Below are positions 61,705 to 64,000 of a stretch of 64,000 nt of DNA, in pieces (position 1 is the stretch's first letter; each line of letters starts with the position of its first letter). The stretch spans positions 22,444,001 through 22,508,000 of the forward strand of contig NC_043022.1 of NCBI RefSeq assembly GCF_006345805.1, read 5' to 3'. The notes under the pieces were generated by a model, which searched no databases, was not told the origin of the DNA, and worked only from the letters and a program-made list of their open reading frames with translations. Made by a program: the position numbers and the translations under genes. The stretch comes from Octopus sinensis. Lineage: Eukaryota.

Positions 61705-61978
61705 TTGGTGTGATCAGTGGAACAGCCTGCTTGTGAAATTATCGTGCAAGTGGTTGAACACATGCACCGTTAATGCAGTTCTCAGGCAGATTTAGCATGA
61801 CCCAGAATGTGGCAAGGCTGGCCCTTTGAAATACAGGTACTACTTGTTTTTGCCAGCTGAGTGGACTGGAACAACATGAAATAAAGTGTCTAGCTCAAGG
61901 ACTCAACGCGTCGCCGGGAATTGAACTCATGACCATACATTCATGCGCTAAATACCCTGACCACTCGGCCACATGCCT
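61705..61978 (-). mobile_element. SINE with family D head/core and family C tail
   Basis: Core (TTGAGCTAGACACTTTATTTCATGTTGTTCCAGTCCACTCAGCTG) shared with 52352-52665; tail (CACAAGCAGGCTGTTCC) shared with 11711-12085. Confidence 0.75.
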
Positions 61979-63188
61979 AGAGCAGGGAAATAACTCAGAA
62001 AAAACAAGGATTTAAATGTTAATTTGGTTTTTGAGTAGGAGGAATGTTTGATAATTGCAGACTCTTACACCTCATCCATTTTCAACTGTTTCTTACTTTC
62101 TTGACATTGTAAGACTGGTCAGCGAAGGGTGTTTTGTGATTTTGTTGTTTGTATGGGACAAATCACAAAAATACACAAGTTAACTTAAAAGATATTAGTT
62201 ATCTTGTACAGAATTGGTTGACAGATAATAGTTGTCTTGTAGAGAATTGACTGAGAGGTACTAGTTGTTATCTTGTAGATAATAACTGTTTGATAAATGG
62301 CAATTATAGAATGGAATATTTATATTCTGTATGTGTTGTCTTCTCTTGACTACATTCACCCCAAAGATTGGTTGTAATGCTGTAAGACTTAGATAAATGT
62401 CTCTTTATTCATAGTAGTGAATATTGTTTGTCGTTAAATCTCTGAACTCTTTTAACTACAAGGGAGTTGGTTTCTATGTTGCTCTTATTTAATTTGCATC
62501 TTAGTCAATATCAGTTATATTCAAATTGCTACCTAATATTTCTCTCCCTCACTCATGTCTGTGTCAGAGTTGAACTTGTTTTCAGCCTTGTAGACTGTGC
62601 TGTCCAAGAACATGACACAAACTGTTGTGATGTGCATAACCAATAGTCCATTACTTTGCATCTTGTTTTGAGTTGTGGTTGGTCAGAATTTTCTCTGTAA
62701 ACATGTTCAGCTATGTCTTTCTGCTGGTCTTATATCTTGGATTGTTTCTATTTCAAATACTAATGGTACAAGAGAAGGTTGATTCATAAGCTACAACATT
62801 CACAGAAATAGATCAGTCTTCATTTTTTTTTGTTTTTTTGTTCCCCTCTGAATATTTTAGGGAATTCAATGATTACATTTTTTAAAAAATAGGTCACATG
62901 TCTGATCCTTCTGACATAACTCATTTTCTTTTATTCTTCCACAAAATTTTATCTGTATTTTGCTCTGCAAATTTCTGATTCTCTGTTAGTGGCATGGCCC
63001 TTAGTATTGATTCCCAACTTAAGTTGCCAATTTAGCTTTGAGGAAAAAAAAAGAAAAGGAATGAATGTCAACTCTTCAACTTGCTATTTTTTTTTATATA
63101 TATAATACTTTTTATAATACATCTTTGATCTTGTCCCAGAATAGAATCTCCAAGAAAACAATCCCATTTAATCCCTTCTTATGTTTAA

Positions 63189-63411
63189 CCCTTTAACATT
63201 TAGGTTACTCTGACAAATAATATCAAGCTTATTTTATCATATTATTTTGAATTAATCATGCATTATGTCATAGCTTGAAGATTTTGATGATCTAATTGTA
63301 TATTTTTATAATGACATTGTAGTGTAGGTATGAGAGGTTGGATCTGGCTAGTTTGAACATTAAACAAGTAGGATATTTTGGCTGGATATGGCCAGTTTAA
63401 ATGCTAAAGAG
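63189..63411. mobile_element. piggyBac-type MITE (family of 22635-22854)
   Basis: TTAA|CCCTTTAACATT...AATGCTAAAGAG|TTGA. Confidence 0.75.
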
Positions 63412-64000
63412 TTGAACTGGGTATGTGGTATGACAACAGTGGTGATGATGTTGAGGAATAAGTTTTATATTTCATTGTCCTGAACGTTAAGTTTTTACTA
63501 AACTGAAACAGGTGGATACTCTTGACACATTTCTTAGACATTTTAAGAAATCTTCACCTTATTTGAACTAAGAGTTGCTAATCGATGTTTGCATATCCTG
63601 CTGCTTGTTTTTTTCCTCTTTTTTTTTTCTTTGGCTTTTCATCTTTACCCTGCCCTTGTCCCAGTGGGCATCTTATTAATGATAAAGAGGAATATATATA
63701 TCCACGTGAAACTGAAACTGCTCTTTCAATAAACACATTCGTTCATCCTGTCAGAATGATTACCTGTCTTACTCTGTATGTTTGTGCATGTTCGCATACA
63801 CCTATAAATATTATATATATATAATATCGACTTTTGAAAAAGTCTATAAATGCAAAAAATACGAATTCAATGAAAATGTTAAAAAAAAAAAAATTTGATT
63901 TAATAAATATAAAAAACAACAACCAAATCAATGTTAATGAAAAGGGATATTATTGGCCTGTTTACACTTTCTGTTTCTATGGCAACAACTTAGTATCACT

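Noticed and set aside
57508-64000. Next WDR33 exon (expected FSPTDNKFATCSDDG-like)
   Set aside because: Not found by eye in the remaining 6.5 kb; probably beyond the window.

Overview
AT-rich, microsatellite- and transposon-dense animal genomic DNA. The SINE/RTE repertoire suggests a coleoid cephalopod, probably Octopus (inference). Two spliced protein-coding genes were reconstructed by hand. (1) A complete 5-exon C3orf33-like gene on the minus strand (CDS exons 11587-11504, 9955-9896, 7914-7770, 6342-6188, 4667-4392; 239 aa). (2) The 5' part of WDR33, the CPSF poly(A)-signal-binding subunit, on the plus strand (coding exons 43498-43830, 45200-45268, 53561-53665, 55573-55668, 57157-57308); I found no further exon in the window. 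The rest is mostly decayed mobile DNA: tRNA-derived SINE families, RTE and CR1/Jockey-like LINE pieces, Penelope-type remnants with hammerhead motifs, Helitron, mariner, Tc1 and hAT remnants, and hAT-, piggyBac- and Merlin-type MITEs. Best leads: (a) an open 65-codon read-through into the WDR33 intron equivalent to human intron 6, encoding a transmembrane-like helix and paralleling the human truncated membrane isoforms; (b) a consensus-intact minimal hammerhead ribozyme in sense orientation about 510 nt downstream of the C3orf33-like stop codon; (c) several near-perfect long hairpins in WDR33 introns. Boundaries of repeat elements are approximate; all alignments and folds were done by eye.
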